Below, one piece after another: positions 46,880 to 57,485 of a stretch of 64,000 nt of DNA. Positions within the stretch are counted from its first letter, which is position 1, and every line of letters starts with the position of its first letter. The notes beneath the pieces are model-generated. The model saw only the letters and a program-made list of their open reading frames with translations. It ran no database searches and was not told where the DNA came from. The stretch spans positions 64,001-128,000 of the forward strand of contig JAVZLS010000001.1 in assembly GCA_038883715.1 (NCBI GenBank), written 5' to 3'. The position numbers and the translations under genes were made by a program. This stretch comes from Candidatus Bathyarchaeia archaeon. GTDB taxonomy: Archaea; Thermoproteota; Bathyarchaeia; Bathyarchaeales; Bathycorpusculaceae.

Positions 46880-49593
46880 TTAAGTTCTGATGGCCTTTTG
46901 CATGAAAATTTCTGGCATAACAAAAAAGCCCAAGCATGAAAGGGACGCAACAATTATCCATTCAGCTGTGTCTAATTGGATTGTATGAAAAAGAAGGCTT
47001 AGTGCGGGGACATAAACGACAGCTAATGTTGAAGCCACAGATATAAGCACGCTTACAAGCAACCACTTGTTAGTTAAGAAGCCCGTTTTAAAGGCATTTT
47101 TGGTTTCTGATCTGCAGTTCCAAACAACCACCAACTCGTAGAAACATGCCACCAGGAAAACCATCGTTCTTGCCTTTTCAAGAGAACCTAAAACATTGAA
47201 GCCCCACCAAAAAGCAACGATTTCCGCTGCTAGCTGAATTAACGTGGATGCAAGAATGAAAATTAACATGCCATGCAATAAACCCTCTTTTGGGCTGCGG
47301 GGAGGTTTTTCCATAACATCCTCAGCTGGCGGATCTTTGCTTAAGGATATTGCGGGCGGCCCGTCGGTGACAAGATTCAACCATAAGATCATTGTTGGTA
47401 GAAGGGGTATGGGCAAACCAGCTAGGGCAAAGGACCCTACAAGGATTAGTTCGGTAAAGTTGAGGGCAAGGAGAAATCTGATGAACTTTCTAATGTTGTT
47501 GTAAATTATTCGACCTCCTTCAACGGCTTTTACTATTGTGGCGAAGTTATCGTCTGCCAGAACCATGTCGGAAGCTTCTTTAGCTACGTCTGTTCCGGTT
47601 ATGCCCATGGCAACGCCAATATCAGCTTGCTTTAGTGCTGGTGCATCGTTGACGCCGTCCCCCGTCATCGCCACAATGTGCCCCTTCTTTTTCAAAGCCT
47701 TAACTATGCGAAGCTTGTGTTCAGGGGAGACTCTCGCGTAAACTGTTACTTTTCAACAATATTCTCAAACTCCTTTTCGCTTAACTGGTCCAATTCAGCA
47801 CCTGTTAAAACTAAGTCGCCCTCATTGTATATGCCAACCTCTTTCGCCACAGCGATGGCTGTAAGTTTGTGGTCTCCCGTTATCATCACCGCTTTTATTC
47901 CAGCTTTTTGGCATAGTTTAACGGCTTCCTTGGCTTCTTCTCTTGGCGGGTCAATCATCCCAACAAGTCCGACAAAAACCATGTCGTGTTCGATGCTTTC
48001 TTCATCGTATTCGTTATCTAGGCTTGGCAGAACCTTGTAGGCTAAGCCTAACACCCGAAGCGCTTGACTTGCCATCTCCTCGTTTTTTCTTAGGATTAGT
48101 TCCTTTTCCGCCTTGCTAAACTTCTTTTCCTTCCCATTCATGTATATATGATTGCAAAGCTGCAAGACGACTTCGGGAGAGCCTTTAGTAAAGGCGAAAT
48201 AGCGCCCATCATCAGTCTTATGCAGCGTTGTCATACGTTTCCTTTCTGAGCTAAATGGGATTTCGTCCACTCTTGGATACTCTTTTTCAACATCACTCTT
48301 CCATATTCCTGCCTTTGCTGCAGCAACAATGAGTGCTCCCTCGGTAGGGTCTCCGAGAATTGCTTGTCCATCATAAGAAGCATTATTACATAATGCTCCA
48401 ATTTTAAGGAGCAACGACGTCCCGGGTTCAAGAGTGGGGTTTATTTGTGTGCCATCCTTGTGGAACTCGCCGCTTGTTGAGTAACCAGAACCTGTAACAT
48501 CGATCATCTCGTTGTTGACGAAGATTTTGCGCGCCGTCATTTCACCTTTTGTCAATGTGCCCGTTTTATCTGAGCATATGACTGTTGTGGAGCCTAAAGT
48601 TTCCACGGAGGCAATTCTCCGAATTACCGCGTTGCGTCTAGCAAGCTCTCTAGCGCCTAGGGCAAGGGTCACAGTAACAATGGCTGGCAAGCCTTCAGGG
48701 ACGGCGGATACAGCTAAAGCCACGGAAGTCATAAATATCTCGATGCTGATTACGGCGTTCCGCAGAAACGCAAGCGCTAGAATTGTTAACGCTGCGGCAA
48801 CAACCACTAAACCAATTTTCTTGGCGAACTTATCAAGTTTAGCTTTTAGGGGGATTTCCTCTTTTTCAACTGCTTGGACCATTTCCGCTACTTTGCCGAA
48901 CTCTGTGCTCATTCCAGTGGCTACAACCACCGCTTTCCCTCTTCCATAAACCACATGGGTTGCAGCGAAAACCATGTTTCGCCTTTCAGACACCAGCGTG
49001 TTTTCGGGCAAAACCATCGTACTCTTGTTTATCGGGACAGATTCCCCCGTTAAAACAGCCTCGTTAACCCTAAGTTCAAAAGCTTCGATAACTCTGCCAT
49101 CAGCAGACGCACGGTCCCCGGCTTCGAGGACCAGAATATCTCCGGGAACAACTTCCCTCGCTGGAATTGAAACTTCTTTGCCATCCCGCAGCACTCTCGC
49201 TTTAGGAGCCACCAGTTTCTCCATGGCTTCTATTGCCTTTTCCGACCTATACTCTTGTATGAAGCCAACAACAGCGTTGAGAATAACGATGGCGCCAATC
49301 ACTATCGCGTCAGCATATGTCTCTATTGCTGCATGAGGTTTAGTTGCGGTTTCAGCTTCAAGCCAGCCAATTACGGTTGAAATAACAATGGCTGCTAACA
49401 AAATCAGTGTGAAAACATTTTTGAACTGAAGTATGAAAATCTTAAACGGGGAGGTTCTTTTTCGCCTTTCAAACTCGTTATAACCGAATTTACGTAGCCT
49501 AAGCGCAGCTTCTTCAGTGCTCAAGCCCTTCCGGTCGGAATTCAAAGCATGTAGAACATCCTCTACATCCATTGCATGCCATTGATGAGCCAA
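46880..49593 (-). pseudogene. P-type IIA (Ca2+-type) cation-transporting ATPase split by a single-base frameshift (pseudogene or assembly error)
   Basis: TGES, PEGL, DKTGT, KGSPE, DPPR, MITGD in 47746..49593; TGDGVNDAP and TM5-10 in 46880..47695. One extra A in the run at 47750-47753 restores ...IVEKVTVYARVSPEHKLRIVKAL. Confidence 0.9.
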
Positions 49594-49832
49594 GCTTCTT
49601 CCCTATTAGCCATGTCGCCGTCAATCTAACCGATATTCTAACAAACGCGGGGGATAATTTTGAGAATCTAACATATAATCCTTTTAGTCATCAATTTGGA
49701 TAATTTTTGCAAAATCTAGAGGGGGCTATCCAATTTATGTTTGCTATAACTCATAAATTTGATGTTGCGTGTTGCAAAATGCTTTTACCTTTGGTTTTCC
49801 GCTATTCCTATAGCATTGAGGTTTAAACCGCT

Positions 49833-52709
49833 TTGAAAGAGCAGCCCAAAAATGCTTTTGACCTTCTAGTTAAGCCTGTTCGCCGCTTGATTGAGCAGAG
49901 GGGATTCTCAAAACCCACAGAGCCTCAAGAAAAGACTATTCCGCTCATCCTTGAAGGGAAAAATGTTCTGCTTATTTCGCCAACAGCGACCGGCAAGACC
50001 GAAGCCGCCTTCTTGCCCGTTTTGAGCATGCTATTGCAGGAGCCACACACTCCAGGCATAAAAGTGCTTTACATCACGCCTCTGAGGGCTTTAAACCGGG
50101 ACATGCTGGAACGCCTTGAATGGTGGTGTAACAATCTAGACATTAAGCTGGCTGTTAGGCATGGCGACACAGAAACCCGCGAACGGACAAGGCAAGCGCG
50201 GAGTCCACCGGACGTTTTGATAACAACGCCTGAAACTCTGCAGGCTATTTTGGTTGGCTGGATTATGAGGCAGCACTTGCAGCAAGTCCGCTGGGTCGTA
50301 ATTGATGAGGTTCATGAGATGGCTGACAGTAAACGTGGAAGCCAGCTTGCCCTAAGCCTTGAAAGGCTCAGAACAATGATTGGGAGAGACTTCCAAATAA
50401 TAGGCTTGTCAGCCACCATTGGCAGCCCTGAAAGGGTAGCCCAATTCCTCGTTGGAAACGGCCGCCCAATAGAGATTGTACGAGTTCCAGTTGCTAGAAA
50501 AATGCATTTGAAAATACTTTTCCCAAAGCCTAAACCAGAAGACTTTGGACTGGCAGAACAGCTTTACACGCACCCAGAGGTGGCGGCCAGGCTTAGGGTT
50601 ATCCGCGATTACATAAGCCGCCATAGATCGGTTCTTCTCTTCACAAATACACGTGCCATATCAGAGGTTTTGGCAAGCCGCTTCAAAGTCTGGGACATAG
50701 ACTTCCCAGTTTCCATACATCATGGCTCTTTGGCCAAGCCCTCCCGTATAGCAGCAGAAAGAGGCCTAAAAAATGGCGAGTTGAAGGGCCTAGTTTGCAC
50801 CAGCAGCCTAGAGCTTGGCATAGATGTGGGCCGCATAGACCTAGTCATACAGTACATGAGCCCCCGCCAAGTTACAAGGCTCATCCAGCGGGTTGGAAGA
50901 AGCGGCCACAGAATTGGGCGCATAGCCGAGGGAATAATTGTAACAATGGATTCCGACGACACGTTGGAGGCTCTAGCTATAGCAAGACGTGCCCTAAAAG
51001 AGGATTTAGAACCAGTCGAAATTCCTCCAAAACCCTACGACGCCCTAGCCCACCAAATTGCCGGACTACTCCTAAAACAGAAAAGGCTTGAGTTTGGCGA
51101 AATCTTGGAAATGTTTAGGAAAGCCTACCCCTACGCCGACCTAACAATGGAAGACATCGAAAAAATTTTACGCTATATGCATGAACGCTTCCCGAGACTT
51201 GCGTGGGTTTCCTTCGAAGACAAAGTAGTTCTGAAACCTCGCAGGACAAAGGCGCTTTTCGAATATTATTTTGACAATTTGTCCATGATACCAGAAGAAA
51301 AGCAGTACCTAGTAGTGGATGAGACAACAGACCAAGCTGTGGGAATTTTAGATGAAGCCTTCATGGCGGAGTATGGCAAGCCAGGAATAAAGTTCATAAT
51401 CCGTGGAAGCCCATGGCGAATCCTCCACATTTCAGGCGACAAGGTTTACGTAAAGCCGGTTGACGACCCTACTGGAGCTATTCCAAGCTGGATAGGCGAG
51501 GAAATCCCAGTGCCCTTTGAGGTCGCCCAAGAGGTCGGCTACATCCGTGGTTTTGTTGAAGAGCAAACCCGCAAGGGTCTGCCTCCAGAAGAGATTGCAT
51601 CTAAACTCAGCGAAAGCTATCCGGCAGAAAAAGAGACAATTTTGGACGCTTTAGCCGAGACCGTTGAGCAAGTGGCTGCTGGAATATCTGTTCCAACGGA
51701 TAATCGAATAACCGTCGAAGACTGGGAGGACTTCGTCATAGTCCATGCCCACTTCGGTTCTCTTACGAACAGGGCACTAGCCCAACTTGTTGGACAACTC
51801 CTATCCGGAAGGGTTGGTTACGGCATAGTGGTTCAACACGACCCATACCGCATATTCATACAAACAATGGGTGCTGCAGACGCCGACCAAATTGTCACAT
51901 TGTTCGATGAAATGGCTTTAATGGGCGAGCAAACCGTCAGAGACACCTTGACAAGGGCTACTGTTAAGACTGGCATTTTTAAGAGGCGAATGATTCACGT
52001 GGCAAGACGCTTCGGCGCACTGGAGAAGTGGGCTGACTTCAGCAATGTGAGCCTCCAAAGACTTTTGAAAAGCTTCGAGGGAACCCCAATATTTGAGGAA
52101 GCCCTTAAAGAGGTTTTCACAAAAGACTTGGACGTTGAAAGGCTCGTCCAGGTTTTAGAGAAAATCCGCAGGGGCGAAATAGAAATTGTTAAGGTTGAAA
52201 CTGGCGGAACTGCCACTCCAGTTGCTCGTGTTGGCATTGAACGCGTCAGCATGAAAACAGACCTCATCCCACCTGAAAGGATGCGAGCCGTGCTCATAGA
52301 ATCCGCAAAAGCAAGGCTGTTGAACGAAACATGCAATCTCATCTGCACAAACTGCTGGAGCTACACAGATATGATACGCGTCAAAGACTTGCCAGCAAAA
52401 CCAAAATGTCCAAAGTGTGGCTCCGGAGCCATCGGGCTTCTAAGGGTTGAGGAAGAGAAGGTCTTGCCACTGGTGGAGAAGAGGGGCGAAAAGCTCACAA
52501 AAAGTGAGGAGAAAATTCAGAGACAAGCCCTACAAACAGCCCGCCTAATAGAAAAGTATGGCAAGGCGGCGGCGGTAGCCCTCTGCGCAAGAAAGGTTCA
52601 GCCATCAGACGTTAAAGAAGTTCTTGAAAAGGAAGCCATGCTCACGGATAGGTTCTATGAGCTTGTTTTAGAGGCTGAACGCAAAGCCATAAGCAAAAGA
52701 TTCTGGTAG
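49833..52709 (+). CDS. lhr: Lhr-family SF2 helicase with C-terminal zinc finger
   Basis: PTATGKT, DEVH, LSAT, SLELGID, QRVGRSGH, CTNC...CPKC. Confidence 0.92.
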   Translation: MKEQPKNAFDLLVKPVRRLIEQRGFSKPTEPQEKTIPLILEGKNVLLISPTATGKTEAAFLPVLSMLLQEPHTPGIKVLYITPLRALNRDMLERLEWWCNNLDIKLAVRHGDTETRERTRQARSPPDVLITTPETLQAILVGWIMRQHLQQVRWVVIDEVHEMADSKRGSQLALSLERLRTMIGRDFQIIGLSATIGSPERVAQFLVGNGRPIEIVRVPVARKMHLKILFPKPKPEDFGLAEQLYTHPEVAARLRVIRDYISRHRSVLLFTNTRAISEVLASRFKVWDIDFPVSIHHGSLAKPSRIAAERGLKNGELKGLVCTSSLELGIDVGRIDLVIQYMSPRQVTRLIQRVGRSGHRIGRIAEGIIVTMDSDDTLEALAIARRALKEDLEPVEIPPKPYDALAHQIAGLLLKQKRLEFGEILEMFRKAYPYADLTMEDIEKILRYMHERFPRLAWVSFEDKVVLKPRRTKALFEYYFDNLSMIPEEKQYLVVDETTDQAVGILDEAFMAEYGKPGIKFIIRGSPWRILHISGDKVYVKPVDDPTGAIPSWIGEEIPVPFEVAQEVGYIRGFVEEQTRKGLPPEEIASKLSESYPAEKETILDALAETVEQVAAGISVPTDNRITVEDWEDFVIVHAHFGSLTNRALAQLVGQLLSGRVGYGIVVQHDPYRIFIQTMGAADADQIVTLFDEMALMGEQTVRDTLTRATVKTGIFKRRMIHVARRFGALEKWADFSNVSLQRLLKSFEGTPIFEEALKEVFTKDLDVERLVQVLEKIRRGEIEIVKVETGGTATPVARVGIERVSMKTDLIPPERMRAVLIESAKARLLNETCNLICTNCWSYTDMIRVKDLPAKPKCPKCGSGAIGLLRVEEEKVLPLVEKRGEKLTKSEEKIQRQALQTARLIEKYGKAAAVALCARKVQPSDVKEVLEKEAMLTDRFYELVLEAERKAISKRFW

Positions 52710-52801
52710 AAGGGCTGAGAGACTTACAACAACTTTTAAATGGGAGACCACGTTAATCTGGGTGAGCACGACTTTCAGCAACAGTGGAGAGATAAAGAAG
52801 T

Positions 52802-53128
52802 TTGGAGATAAGCCGAAAAAGACTCCGAGAAGAAGTCCTAAACAGGATAAAGTATGTTAAAAACTGTGTTTTGGCAAGGGAACTATGCCTCCTAATCAGA
52901 ACAAACAGAGCCGTCCTCGAGCCAAAAGATGTGCAGGAAATATGCCTCTACATTTCAGGCTTATGCAAGGAGGAAGGATGCGAAGAACCAAGCGAGCTCT
53001 GCCGAAAGGCAGCAGAAGCCATTGGCGCAGGAGACGAGGAGAAATATTTGGAGTTATGCGCTCAAAGCGCCATGAAATGTGGAGAGTCTAGACGCCCAAC
53101 ACCTAAGAGAGCCACCTACGTTGCCTAG
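52802..53128 (+). CDS. Cys-rich helical hypothetical protein (four Cx6C motifs)
   Basis: CVLARELC, CLYISGLC, CEEPSELC, CAQSAMKC. Confidence 0.65.
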   Translation: MEISRKRLREEVLNRIKYVKNCVLARELCLLIRTNRAVLEPKDVQEICLYISGLCKEEGCEEPSELCRKAAEAIGAGDEEKYLELCAQSAMKCGESRRPTPKRATYVA

Positions 53129-53173
53129 CAAAGGGGAAAATCTTTAAAAGAATAAAGTATCGGTAAAACCAAG

Positions 53174-53665
53174 ATGGAGGCATGCTCACTGTTCATAGCC
53201 CCATATGTCCCAACTCCGCTCCCAGTTGTCCGTCACATGCTTATTTTGGCACAGTTAAAACCCGGCGAGGTTTTCTTTGACCTTGGCGCCGGAGACGGCA
53301 GAACAGTAATAATGGCTGCTAAAGAATTTGGTGCAAGAGCGGTAGGCGTAGAACTACGCGAAGACCTTGCAAAAAGAGCCCTAAGCACGGTGTACGAAGA
53401 GGGGCTTCAAGACAGAGTGACAATAGTTAACGGCGACATGTTCAACGTTGACCTCTCATCAGCTGATGTTGTATTCCTATACTTAACTACAAGCGCCAAT
53501 GAAAAGATAAAACCAAAACTTGAGGCTGAACTTAAGCCTGGAGCCCGCGTCGTATCCCACGACTACGAAATTGTGGGGTGGAGACCATTAAAAGTTGAAA
53601 ACTTCTGCGAAAACCCAAAGCTTGGATACCCATCCCACACAATATACCTTTACAGGAAAGTTTAA
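53174..53665 (+). CDS. SAM-dependent protein-lysine methyltransferase, aKMT/Dot1-like
   Basis: PYVPTP..VV..ML, DLGAGDGR, KPKLEAELKPGARVVSHD, HTIYLY; closely follows the Sulfolobus aKMT pattern as I recall it. Confidence 0.8.
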   Translation: MEACSLFIAPYVPTPLPVVRHMLILAQLKPGEVFFDLGAGDGRTVIMAAKEFGARAVGVELREDLAKRALSTVYEEGLQDRVTIVNGDMFNVDLSSADVVFLYLTTSANEKIKPKLEAELKPGARVVSHDYEIVGWRPLKVENFCENPKLGYPSHTIYLYRKV

Positions 53666-53691
53666 GCCCTCTAACAAAGACTGGGACAGGC

Positions 53692-54105
53692 ATGCCCCAA
53701 TCATTTAAAACGCTATACAAGGTTTTGTGGCTGGACACGGATGCAGCCCAAATAGTCCACTTCCTAAACTTTTTCAAGTTTTTCGAAATAGCCGAAGAAG
53801 AGTTCTACCAGCATCTTAAACTCATAGACCTGTTTGCCTCCAAAGATTTGATAATGCCCAGAGTTGAAGCCTTCTGCAAATATCGGAAACCAGCAAAGTT
53901 CAATGATCTACTGGAAATAGAGCTAACAGTGGATGAAGTGGGGGAAAAATCCGTAAAATACGGCTTCAAAATCTACAACAAGGAGACTGCGGAACTGTTA
54001 GCAGACGGCTACATTGTGGCTGTCGCCGCAAACAGACACACACTGAAAGCCATGGAAATCCCAAAGGAAGTTGCTGAAAAACTCAAAGCCTATTACAACG
54101 GCTGA
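53692..54105 (+). CDS. acyl-CoA thioesterase (4HBT/YbgC hotdog fold)
   Basis: DTDAAQIVHF..F..FFE, YRKPAKFND. Confidence 0.85.
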   Translation: MPQSFKTLYKVLWLDTDAAQIVHFLNFFKFFEIAEEEFYQHLKLIDLFASKDLIMPRVEAFCKYRKPAKFNDLLEIELTVDEVGEKSVKYGFKIYNKETAELLADGYIVAVAANRHTLKAMEIPKEVAEKLKAYYNG

Positions 54106-54185
54106 GGAGGGAAAATAAACCTTTAATCCGAGACCTTAAACTTCAAAATTTTGAAAAATCAGTAAAGGCTTAAGGGCAAAAGGCT

Positions 54186-54701
54186 ATGCTGTTCGTTCCA
54201 TGGCAGTACATTGCAGACTGGAAATGCAACACTTGCGGCTTATGCTGCAAAGCCTACAGCGTAGTCCTAAACTTCCAAGAATGGCTAAAAATAGTAAAAA
54301 ACTACGGCGTAGAAACAACAGTTTCAGGATTAAACAAGCTATATTTGCGAAGAAAAAGCGACGGCTCATGCATATTCCTCTACAAAGTGGCAGACATGCA
54401 CCTATGCGGACTACAACACATGAAGCCAGCAGCCTGCAAGCTCTGGCCCTTCAAAATTTTAGCCACACCAAAGTTTGGATACGCAAAGGAAGCCTTGTAC
54501 CATTACAGCGGGAAAGCACTATACATATATGCTGACTCCACATGCACAGGTCTAATTTATGGAAGGCCAACATGGGAGTTTGCAAATCAAACCCTAAAAG
54601 AGTTTATAGAAATCGCCATAGGAATCCGCAGCGACCAAAAAAGAAGCAAGGCCAACGTTAATCTTATCCAACAATACCCATCAGCGAGAAGGCTTTTCTG
54701 A
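54186..54701 (+). CDS. YkgJ-family cysteine-cluster protein
   Basis: CNTCGLCC, CIFL, CGLQ..KPAACKLWPF. Confidence 0.82.
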   Translation: MLFVPWQYIADWKCNTCGLCCKAYSVVLNFQEWLKIVKNYGVETTVSGLNKLYLRRKSDGSCIFLYKVADMHLCGLQHMKPAACKLWPFKILATPKFGYAKEALYHYSGKALYIYADSTCTGLIYGRPTWEFANQTLKEFIEIAIGIRSDQKRSKANVNLIQQYPSARRLF

Positions 54702-54754
54702 GTTTCAAACGCGGTATTTTTATCGATTCAGAGGTGGCGGTCTCAAAGAATCTA

Positions 54755-54794
54755 TATGTAAAAAAAAGTTTATATATAAGAAATTGTTTACATA
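54755..54794 (+). promoter_or_regulatory. BRE/TATA promoter flanked by the inverted repeat TATGTAAA...TTTACATA
   Basis: A-rich BRE and TTTATATA at 54769-54776, between 8-bp arms at 54755-54762 and 54787-54794. Confidence 0.5.
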
Positions 54795-54811
54795 GTCAGA
54801 GGAGAGCTGAT

Positions 54812-55138
54812 TTGAATGAAGATGCGAGCGAGCAGATGGTGAAGAAATTGAAAGCTTTAGCAAACCCCTTAAGACTAAAAATGATTGCGTCTCTATGTGA
54901 AAAGCCAAAAAGTGTTTATACATTAGCCAAGGAACTAAATCTTCCATACCCACTAGCCCATCTCCACCTTAACGGGCTTAAAAAACTTGGGCTAGTTAAG
55001 GAAGTTAGGGAGGAAAAGAAAAAGGAAGGTCTTCCACCTGTTAAGTACTATGCGCCAACCGATTTTAAATTAGTTTTAACCCCCAAGGAAATTAAGGAGC
55101 TTTTCAAAAAAGGAAACGGAGGCGAAATGAATGGCTAG
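54812..55138 (+). CDS. ArsR-family wHTH regulator
   Basis: KALANPLRLKMI..L...SVYTLAKEL...HLHL..LKKLGLV; TTG at 54812 follows GAGGAG and is in frame with ORF 54734. Confidence 0.85.
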   Translation: MNEDASEQMVKKLKALANPLRLKMIASLCEKPKSVYTLAKELNLPYPLAHLHLNGLKKLGLVKEVREEKKKEGLPPVKYYAPTDFKLVLTPKEIKELFKKGNGGEMNG

Positions 55139-55460
55139 AGCTTCCATTTTAACAGCTCTTACGATAATACTTCTCGGCTTTGGAGTGCCAGCAATTTCGA
55201 TATACTCTTCTGTATTCCACGGCTTTAATGTTATAGTTGCAGGGTTGGTGGCGATATTTGCGCTGATAGTCGCTGGAGTCCTTGTCATTATAGGGTTGGC
55301 GATGGGTTCTGAGGAATTACCTTCTACGAAAGTTAAACCGTCAGAAATGGAAAAGTTGAACCTCCTACGCGCCCACCAAAGAGCAACATTAGAGGAACTG
55401 GACGAAATTATTGTTGTACTTAGGGAAATTAGAGACGTGTTAAAAGCTGCACAAGAGTAA
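55131..55460 (+). CDS. 2-TM membrane protein with C-terminal coiled coil
   Basis: Two hydrophobic helices; ends LEELDEIIVVLREIRDVLK. Confidence 0.7.
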   Translation: MARASILTALTIILLGFGVPAISIYSSVFHGFNVIVAGLVAIFALIVAGVLVIIGLAMGSEELPSTKVKPSEMEKLNLLRAHQRATLEELDEIIVVLREIRDVLKAAQE

Positions 55461-55474
55461 TGGGGGAAAGTTGA

Positions 55475-55609
55475 ATGGCGAAGGAGTTAAAGTATGTAAA
55501 ATTTTCCGACGAGGATGTTATAAGAGAAACCGAAAAACGCCTTAAAGAAATGAAAGCCCTTCTCATTGAAATACGCGATCTGTTGAAGGCAACTGGAGGA
55601 TTTGAATAA
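55475..55609 (+). CDS. 44-aa coiled-coil peptide (below the ORF-track cutoff)
   Basis: MAKELKYVKFSDEDVIRETEKRLKEMKALLIEIRDLLKATGGFE; fills the operon gap and follows a G-rich SD-like tract. Confidence 0.6.
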   Translation: MAKELKYVKFSDEDVIRETEKRLKEMKALLIEIRDLLKATGGFE

Positions 55610-55621
55610 GGAGGGATAAAT

Positions 55622-56470
55622 TTGAGCGGCGAAGAAAAAATGCGTAAATATGAAAAAGAGCTCCGTCGAGTGAGTGTTCCAACAACTCATGTTAGTGGTT
55701 CTGGGAAAGTTCATATAGATGGCGTCGGTGACATTCAAATATCTGGCTCAGGTTTTGTTTCTCCGCAGGAAATAAAAATCAGCGGAAGTGGCCGCTTACC
55801 AGGCGGATTAAAAACTGAAAGATTGAAGTGCGCCGGAAGTGTTTCTATAGAAGGGGATATAGAGGCTGAGGAAATGGACTTTTCGGGTTCAGCTTCAATT
55901 GCTGGCAGTGTTAAAGCTAAAAGTTTATCGGCTTCTGGGAGCTTCTCGGTGGATGGTAGTGTGCAAGGTTCATCACTGAAAGTGGCTGGTTCTTGCAGGG
56001 TTGGAAGCGCAATTGAATTGGAAAATGCTTTGCATGTTCTCGGTTCATTTAGGGTGTCAGGTGATGTCAGAGCTGGAAAGTACATGGAACTCCGTGGGAA
56101 ACTCGACATCGATGGCAAAATTGTAACTGAGGATTTTAAGGCTGAATTAGATAGGCACGAATCTTATGCGCGTGGCGGAATTGAAGCAGTTAACGTTGAA
56201 ATTAAAAAGAGGGACATTGAGGGCATAGTGATTTTTGGAATACCAATTTTTGGCATAGTCTCACGCTACGGAAAACTGTACGCCAGCGATATTATAGCCA
56301 AAGAGAAAGTTTACTTGGAAAATGTTTGCTGCGAAAATGTTATTGGAAAGGATGTAACCATAGGTGAAGGCTGCATCATTAAAGGAAGCGTGAAGTATTC
56401 AAATACCATATCTGTTCATCCAAAAGCAAAACTCGCGAATCCTCCAGAGAAAATAGACTTGAAAGGGTGA
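55622..56470 (+). CDS. bactofilin-like (polymer-forming, YhbE/YhbF-like) beta-solenoid protein
   Basis: Repeated ISGSG/AGS.S/SGS..V.G units; ends V.IGEGC.I.G.V.Y. Confidence 0.7.
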   Translation: MSGEEKMRKYEKELRRVSVPTTHVSGSGKVHIDGVGDIQISGSGFVSPQEIKISGSGRLPGGLKTERLKCAGSVSIEGDIEAEEMDFSGSASIAGSVKAKSLSASGSFSVDGSVQGSSLKVAGSCRVGSAIELENALHVLGSFRVSGDVRAGKYMELRGKLDIDGKIVTEDFKAELDRHESYARGGIEAVNVEIKKRDIEGIVIFGIPIFGIVSRYGKLYASDIIAKEKVYLENVCCENVIGKDVTIGEGCIIKGSVKYSNTISVHPKAKLANPPEKIDLKG

Positions 56471-56537
56471 ACACATATCCGCTCATTTATGCCCACATTA
56501 TTTAACTTCGTGATCCATTTTAAACAATAACCAAGGC

Positions 56538-57485
56538 ATGTGTGGGCGCTTTATGGAAGCTGTAAAATCCATAGATCTCAGGAAAACATATCATGGAAAG
56601 GAGATTGTTGAGGCTTTAAAAGGCGTTAATATATGCATCAAAAAAGGCGAGCTTTTTACTTTGTTAGGCCCTAACGGGGCTGGCAAAACCACCTTTTTGA
56701 GGATTATTTCCACGCAGTTGCTGCCAACAAGTGGAGAAGCCTATGTTTTAGGTTTCCACGTTTTGCATGAAGCTGAAAAATTGCGGGAGCACATAGCTGT
56801 TGTTCCGCAAGATGTTGCCACTTATGGCAATTTTACGCCTTGGGAGTACTGCTACTATTTTTCACTGCTTCGCGGCATGACAAAGCAAAAAGCTAAAGAA
56901 TTGTCTGAAAAAGCCTTGAAGGCTGTTGAATTGTGGGATTTGCGAAATAGGACATGTGCAACGCTTTCCGGTGGCGAAAAGAAGAGGGCAATAATTGCAG
57001 CGACCTTGGCTTCAGATGCTGAAGTGTTAATGCTGGATGAGCCTACAAGCGGCTTAGACGCTGTTGCACGAAGAAAAGTCTGGGCCGTTTTGAGAGAGAT
57101 GGTTGAGCATGGCAAAACGATTCTTTTAACAACCCACATAATGGAGGAAGCCGAGATGGTTTCTGACAGACTAGCCATAATCAATAAGGGCCAGCTGATT
57201 GTCCAAGGAACGGTTGAGGAAATTAAGAACTTGGCTGAGGAAAAGTTTAGGGTTGTGGTTGAAGGAAGCCCAAAATTTTTGGAGAAGTTCGCTAACAACC
57301 ATTCTTCGGTGAGTTTTGGAAGCAAACGGGTAATCTACGTAGATGATAGAGACGAAGCCATAGAACTTGTAGGAAAGGCCTTAAAAAGCGGGTTGAAAGC
57401 GGAAGCCGCACCCATCACACTTGAAGACGTGTTCGTAAAGCTTGTTGGAGGAGTGGAGTTAAATGAAACTCAGAAAAATGGTTAA
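56538..57485 (+). CDS. ABC transporter ATP-binding protein (DrrA-like exporter)
   Basis: GPNGAGKTT, LSGGE, LDEPTSGLD, TTH. Confidence 0.93.
   Translation: MCGRFMEAVKSIDLRKTYHGKEIVEALKGVNICIKKGELFTLLGPNGAGKTTFLRIISTQLLPTSGEAYVLGFHVLHEAEKLREHIAVVPQDVATYGNFTPWEYCYYFSLLRGMTKQKAKELSEKALKAVELWDLRNRTCATLSGGEKKRAIIAATLASDAEVLMLDEPTSGLDAVARRKVWAVLREMVEHGKTILLTTHIMEEAEMVSDRLAIINKGQLIVQGTVEEIKNLAEEKFRVVVEGSPKFLEKFANNHSSVSFGSKRVIYVDDRDEAIELVGKALKSGLKAEAAPITLEDVFVKLVGGVELNETQKNG

Noticed and set aside
47746-47760. Programmed ribosomal frameshift in the P-type ATPase
   Set aside because: No slippery heptamer or evident stimulator; an indel or assembly error is simpler.
49650-49760. Imperfect direct repeat GGATAATTTT..AATCTA and inverted repeat AATTTATG/CATAAATT between the P-type ATPase and lhr
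   Set aside because: Short, AT-rich and not repeated at other promoters in the window, so they cannot be distinguished from chance.
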